In this document: positions 59,725 through 64,000 of the stretch, piece by piece
Position numbering within the stretch: position 1 is the first letter of the stretch
Layout: each line of letters begins with the position of its first letter
Origin: Candidatus Hydrogenedentota bacterium
GTDB lineage: Bacteria > Hydrogenedentota > Hydrogenedentia > Hydrogenedentales > SLHB01
Length of the DNA: 64,000 bases
Reading direction: 5' to 3'
NCBI GenBank assembly: GCA_036789645.1
Contig: DAIQLC010000005.1
Span: forward strand, 38,549-102,548
Translations under genes and position numbers: made by a program
The notes under the pieces: generated by a model
Seen by the model: the letters and a program-made list of their open reading frames with translations, nothing else
Database searches by the model: none
Told to the model about the DNA's origin: nothing

Positions 59725-60573
59725 CTACACGAGTTTGGCCATACGTGCCTTGACCTCGTCCGAAAAACGCTGGATGAGTTCCTGCACGTACGCGGCGGGG
59801 TCCTTGCTTTCGTCCGTAACCAGCGGCGTCAGATCCATACCGAAATTCATACCGGTGGTCAGGTCGACGCCGTGCGAGGCGAAGTAGGTGGCGTGGGCTT
59901 TGCGCCGGCCCATGGTGGCCAGGTCGTAGCGCTTGCCGCCGCAGATCTGGGAATCAAACACGCCCAGCAGCGCCGCCTGGAGGTTTTCGTGGGCCGAGGA
60001 GTCCAGGGCAACCTTGTCCGAGTCGGTCATCCAGTCCAGGTCGCGCCACACTTCGCAGCCGAGGACCTGTCTGGGACGAGCGGCCTTCGGGAGCGCCCGG
60101 ATCGCCTCAATGAGCTTCAACGTGACGCCGACATGCGTGTCGTGCTTGTCGGCCAGGTTGTGCGTGTACACCACCTCCGGCTTCGCCGTCTCGAGAATCA
60201 GCCGGAGATCGTCCACGGGATTCTTGTCCGCGGCGTTCTTGATGGCCGAGCTGGGGTAATCCAGCAGCACCTGCGCGGCATATTCGCCGACCACGGCGGC
60301 TTTCTTCTGCTCCTTGAACCGCACCACCCGCATTTCCTCGTCGGTGTAGTCCTTGTAGACGTCGTCACGGGGCGAGCCGCTGCCATTGGTGACCACCACG
60401 CCCGTATACCACTTGTCGGCCTGTTGAAAACACTCCATGATGCCCGCGAACGACATAATCTCGAGGTCATCCTGGTGCGCGCCAACCGCCAGATGGGTGG
60501 TCCGCGCCAACGCCTCCCTGGCAGGCAGGCCGTCCGGCACAAAAAGTTCCGCGGTTTCCAGTTTGAACTTCAT
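59725..60573 (-). CDS. PIG-L/LmbE-family N-acetylsugar deacetylase
   Basis: GAHQDDLE (HxDD metal motif), VTNGSG, RFKEQ..AA, THNLADKHDTH. Confidence 0.88.
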   Translation of the reverse strand: MKFKLETAELFVPDGLPAREALARTTHLAVGAHQDDLEIMSFAGIMECFQQADKWYTGVVVTNGSGSPRDDVYKDYTDEEMRVVRFKEQKKAAVVGEYAAQVLLDYPSSAIKNAADKNPVDDLRLILETAKPEVVYTHNLADKHDTHVGVTLKLIEAIRALPKAARPRQVLGCEVWRDLDWMTDSDKVALDSSAHENLQAALLGVFDSQICGGKRYDLATMGRRKAHATYFASHGVDLTTGMNFGMDLTPLVTDESKDPAAYVQELIQRFSDEVKARMAKLV

Positions 60574-60690
60574 GCTCTCCTCCCGAAATCGCGCATCTCG
60601 CGACAGCTTGAACCAACACCCAATCGCACCACGGCGCCCTCCCGAAACACGCGCGGGCGCCGAAATGTTCTCCGTCCCCGCCCGGCCGGC

Positions 60691-62088
60691 CTACGCAAGC
60701 GCGGGCAGACTCGCCGCGGCGATGGACTGGCCGACACGCCGGCTCTTCTCGTCGGGCAGCTGGATGTTCACCGAAGCCGCAATGTGCGGGAATTCGGCGT
60801 TCAACACCTCCTTCGCGCCCTCGAGAATCAGGTCGCCGCCGCGGCCCGACGTGCACCGGCCCAGAATCAGCACATGGTTCAGCTCGTAGAAATCGGCGTA
60901 ATGGGCGATGGCATAGCCCATGTAGTAGCCCATGCTGCGCCAGATCTGGAGCGCGCCGTCGTGACCCGCCTCGAGCTTCTCCTGGACCGCTTTGAGTTTT
61001 TCCGCGTCCGTGACGCCCGCCGGCAGCTCGATGCCGGCCCGGGGCGCGAGACGGAACACGCACTGCTGCGAGAAATACAGCGCGCCCACGCCCCGGTCGC
61101 CGGACCACTCGTCCGCGGGCGCCTCGTCGCTGTAGTCCACGGGACAGAACGCCAGTTCGTTGAGCCAGCCCGTGATATTGCCGTCCATGGTGACGTAGCC
61201 GCCCGCCTCGCTCGAACCCAGGGCAATCCCGAGCACGCCGTTGTCCTCCAGCGACATCGAACCGGCCAGCGCCGTGACCTCGCCGTCATTGACGACATTC
61301 AACGGCACGCCCATCTCCTCGCGGATGCGCAGGAACAGGTTCCGGACCTGATCGAACTTGTCTTTGGGCACCCCGCGGAACAGCGAGGCGATCATGGGAC
61401 GGTCGTTGATGTACACGCCCGCCGAACTGCCGCCGATGGCGTCCACTCGTTCCATCTTCGACGCGGCCGTCTGGATGGCCTTCATGATCTCGTTGTAATG
61501 GTAGGAAGGATCCGTGTTCTTGCGGGGTTCCCAGACCACCTCTTCGCTGTACACCGCCTCGCCGTCGACCACGGCCGACACCTTGCGGTCGGAAGCGCCC
61601 AGGTCAAACCCGATCCTGCAGCCTTCGAGATGCCGTCCAAGCGGTTGCGTGGTCTCCTTCTCCGGAGGAACCGCCTCCGCGGCGCAGCTCACGACGGTGA
61701 ACGTCTTTTCGTAGACGTCCTCGCCCATGAAGTGGTAGTCAAACGCGCGGCTGCCGTCGGGCGCGTAGCATTGGGCGATATGCGCGCCCACGCTTTTCGG
61801 GCCGCCGACATACACCTTCCACCCCCCGCGCTGCCACAGCAGAAACTTGACCAGGCGCTCGACATACCGGAGATTCGCATCGGCCCGCGCATGGCCTTCC
61901 GGAAACACCACCGTCTCGTAGCGCGACAGCGAACCGTCCGACCGTTCCAGACCCAGCACCAGCGGCACGCCCGCGCCCGATTCCCTGACCTCGTTCACAA
62001 AGGCGCGATTGGCCAGCACCGCCGGGCGAAATCCCGGATCCAGCGGAGGCACGAATTTCGGATTGATGAGTTTGAACGCGTTCGACAT
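60691..62088 (-). CDS. Atypical ROK-family sugar kinase with a ~150-aa N-terminal extension
   Basis: Start MSNAF (RBS GAGGAAG). IGFDLGASD, VVNDGEVTAL, LGSSEAGGY, WLNELAF, ILGRCTSG. No HTH and no CxCGxxGC zinc motif. Confidence 0.85.
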   Translation of the reverse strand: MSNAFKLINPKFVPPLDPGFRPAVLANRAFVNEVRESGAGVPLVLGLERSDGSLSRYETVVFPEGHARADANLRYVERLVKFLLWQRGGWKVYVGGPKSVGAHIAQCYAPDGSRAFDYHFMGEDVYEKTFTVVSCAAEAVPPEKETTQPLGRHLEGCRIGFDLGASDRKVSAVVDGEAVYSEEVVWEPRKNTDPSYHYNEIMKAIQTAASKMERVDAIGGSSAGVYINDRPMIASLFRGVPKDKFDQVRNLFLRIREEMGVPLNVVNDGEVTALAGSMSLEDNGVLGIALGSSEAGGYVTMDGNITGWLNELAFCPVDYSDEAPADEWSGDRGVGALYFSQQCVFRLAPRAGIELPAGVTDAEKLKAVQEKLEAGHDGALQIWRSMGYYMGYAIAHYADFYELNHVLILGRCTSGRGGDLILEGAKEVLNAEFPHIAASVNIQLPDEKSRRVGQSIAAASLPALA

Positions 62089-62273
62089 GATTTTCTTCCT
62101 CTGTTTTGGCTGCGTCACCCCGCGCGGCAGGTGCTGCGACGAGCGTTTATGCGCCGCATGACCGCTGACACTCTCGAAATCGCCGCGGGTTGGAACCTTC
62201 CGCACAGACGCCCGGCCCCGCAGATGGAACGGCCGGGCAAAGAACCTGCCAGCGCTTCTTAAAGGATTCAACA

Positions 62274-62282
62274 ACTATACCA
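62274..62282 (-). promoter_or_regulatory. Extended -10 promoter of the ROK operon
   Basis: TG-G-TATAGT on the minus strand; weak -35. Implies a leader of about 180 nt. Confidence 0.55.
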
Positions 62283-62582
62283 TACGCGTGCGGCGCATAA
62301 AAGAAACCGTGGAAACCCCGAATCCGGGTAATGTGAGTAAACCTCGGCAAGGTTGGTGCCGGTGGAAACGGTACGGTACGGAGAGCTGCGGTTGCACACA
62401 CCTCCGGCGCCCCGGTTGGCAGCATGTTCTTCTTTCTCACCACAGGGGTGAGTCGACAGCAGTTCCAGCGCCCGGCAGCGCACACGTTTGAGCCATCTGT
62501 CCTCGCGTTAGCCATCGGTTGGGCGAAACCCTGGCTCCGGGCTCTGCCTGGGCATAGTGGGAGTACTTGGGACGATGCCTCG

Positions 62583-62615
62583 CTGTCCATCGCGTCAATC
62601 TTGTCAATCCTGTCG
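62583..62615. repeat. Degenerate nonamer array (ATCCTGTCA-like x3.7)
   Basis: CTGTCC ATCGCGTCA ATCTTGTCA ATCCTGTCG. Confidence 0.6.
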
Positions 62616-62670
62616 AAGAATCTTCGCCTCCATTCCCCGCGCGGCGGCCGGTCTGATACAATCCAAACCC

Positions 62671-63657
62671 ATGAACACACGCGAACCCGACCATTACGGC
62701 AGGCGCATGGTCCGCGCGACCGTCGCCGCCGCGGCGATCCATGGCGCCCTCATTACGTTTTGCAGCGTCATGGGGGCGCTGGCTGTTGTTGATGCCATCG
62801 GCCCCAGCTACGCCCGCGAAGAGCCGCTCGTGCTCAACCTTCAGCCCGAGCCGCAGGGTTTTCGCAATTTCGTGGATACGGCCGTGCCCGCCACGTCTCC
62901 GGTCGACCCGGACACGGACCTGATTTCCGACCGGACCTCCAAGGCCAGCGGGCTGCAGGACTCCCAGGGCGACCGCCCCGGTCCGCGACTGAAACAGTCG
63001 TCTGACGTCGACGACCTGGGCGGGCGTGTAGCCCCCGCCGCGACCGCGCCGCCCCAGCCTCCCGCACCCCGGGCCGAGTCCGCCGAACCGCAGGCAGAAC
63101 CCGATGCCCCCGCCACATCGCCGGAGCCGCAGGACGAAACGCTGCCCGAGGCCCTCACAGCGCTTGCCCGGACCGAAGAAGCGCAAACGCCTCTCCCCGA
63201 GGAAGCGCCCGAACCGGCCCGCCAGCAGATGGCCCAGGCGCAACCCCAGCCCCCGATGACGCCGGCGGCCCCGCCCCAGCCCCACCTGGGCGTGTCCAAG
63301 GCACGGCCCGATGGCGCGGCCGAGGGCAAAGGCTTCGTCGGTTTCGAGGCGCTGGAACACGAGCTCGGGCCCTATCTCAAGGAGGTCCGCGACCGCGTGG
63401 AACGCAACTGGCGCGCCGCGCTCGAGATCCGTTTTTCCGGGGTGTCGCGCACCCGGGCCGTTCTCGACTGTGCGATCAGTCCCCAGGGCAGACTTGTCCG
63501 CGTCAAGATCGTGGAATCGGGTGATTCGCCCACGTTTGCGGTGCTGTGCAAGCAGGCCATTGAAAAGGCCGCGCCATTTCCCCCGTTTCCCTTTGATGTC
63601 CCCGCGATCTACCGCACGCAGAACCTCGAAATCCGGTGGACGTTCAGCTATTTGTGA
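62671..63657 (+). CDS. TonB/TolA-like energy transducer
   Basis: Likely start MNTREP. Single TM with conserved His (AAIHGAL), Pro/Glu/Ala linker, TonB C-terminal-type domain (YLKEVRDRVERNW...ESG...AIEKAAPFPPFP). Confidence 0.85.
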   Translation: MNTREPDHYGRRMVRATVAAAAIHGALITFCSVMGALAVVDAIGPSYAREEPLVLNLQPEPQGFRNFVDTAVPATSPVDPDTDLISDRTSKASGLQDSQGDRPGPRLKQSSDVDDLGGRVAPAATAPPQPPAPRAESAEPQAEPDAPATSPEPQDETLPEALTALARTEEAQTPLPEEAPEPARQQMAQAQPQPPMTPAAPPQPHLGVSKARPDGAAEGKGFVGFEALEHELGPYLKEVRDRVERNWRAALEIRFSGVSRTRAVLDCAISPQGRLVRVKIVESGDSPTFAVLCKQAIEKAAPFPPFPFDVPAIYRTQNLEIRWTFSYL

Positions 63658-63735
63658 TCCGGGCCTCCGGTCCCTCGTGTTGCAATGGCCTGCCGCCATG
63701 AGGCACCATCCTCGTTCGAGAAAGGAAGTCTGCCT

Positions 63736-64000
63736 GTGGAAATCCTGACTATGCTCAAACACGGCGGGTGGATCATGTTCCCCATCGGCCTGTGTTCACT
63801 GGCGGGGCTTGCGATCGTCATTGAACGCATGGTGATGCTCCGCCGCAAACGTATCCTGGCCCCGAGCGTCATTGATCTCGTCGAACACTTCTCGGAAGAC
63901 ACGTCGCCCGAGACGGCCCTGGAAATCTGCCGGAACGCGCGCGGACCGTTCGCCCGCATCGTGGAAGAGATCATCGGCGCGCGCCATCTCCCCGATGCCC
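63736..64000 (+). CDS. MotA/TolQ/ExbB proton-channel protein (partial, runs off the window)
   Basis: Translated by hand from GTG 63736 after RBS AAAGGAAG: MEILTMLKHGGWIMFPIGLCSLAGLAIVIERMVML, a typical ExbB/TolQ N-terminus. No stop before 64000. Confidence 0.88.
   Translation, partial: MEILTMLKHGGWIMFPIGLCSLAGLAIVIERMVMLRRKRILAPSVIDLVEHFSEDTSPETALEICRNARGPFARIVEEIIGARHLPDA

Noticed and set aside
59014-62262. 1082-aa plus-strand ORF
   Set aside because: Antisense shadow of the ROK, PIG-L and binding-protein genes; no motifs. Such shadows are expected at high GC.
62088-62270. glmS ribozyme upstream of the ROK gene (AGCGCU at the 5' end, UCGA...UCAGCGG...AUGC inside)
   Set aside because: The essential GACGAGG core and AGCGCC/P2.2 pairing are absent. 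The resemblance is probably chance; a cmsearch against the glmS model would settle it.
62444-62460. tmRNA-like 5' end (GGGGTGAGTCGAC)
   Set aside because: Spacing to TCGAC is wrong, and there is no downstream T-arm/CCACCA end.
59574-62670. Cobalamin riboswitch for the Btu-like transporter or TonB
   Set aside because: No GGGAA...GCCACUG B12-box pattern seen on either strand in the spacers.

Overview
GC-rich (roughly 65%) bacterial chromosome segment, mostly housekeeping genes mixed with carbohydrate/secretome accessory genes. The gene content (Tat sulfatase, Gfo/Idh/MocA oxidoreductases, PVC-style prepilin, PEP-CTERM) suggests a PVC-like or Ca. Hydrogenedentota-like organism; this is inference only. 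About 50 coding regions are supported. They include a long Lhr helicase (runs off the left edge), ftsK-rodZ-pgsA-alr-NYN, a pncA-pncB-nadE NAD salvage operon, yicC-gmk-rpoZ-coaBC, ftsH-folP-glmM-pdxJ, manC-GT2, two UvrD-family helicases, pheA, acpS, gpmI, a Btu/Fec-type ABC transporter, a ROK plus PIG-L pair, and TonB/ExbB-like genes at the right edge. I saw no rRNA, tRNA, CRISPR array, integrase or transposase. The best candidates for undescribed biology are: an orphan, highly degenerate minimal flagellin-like gene; an atypical ROK kinase plus PIG-L deacetylase operon with a long structured leader; a small alarmone synthetase fused to TPRs; an amidohydrolase-fold protein that has lost its metal ligands; a prepilin carrying a canonical EF-hand loop; two large secreted proteins of unknown function; and mosaics of REP-like repeats in the intergenic spacers. 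Family assignments come from motif recognition, not database searches. Most of the other long ORFs in the track are antisense shadows of real genes.
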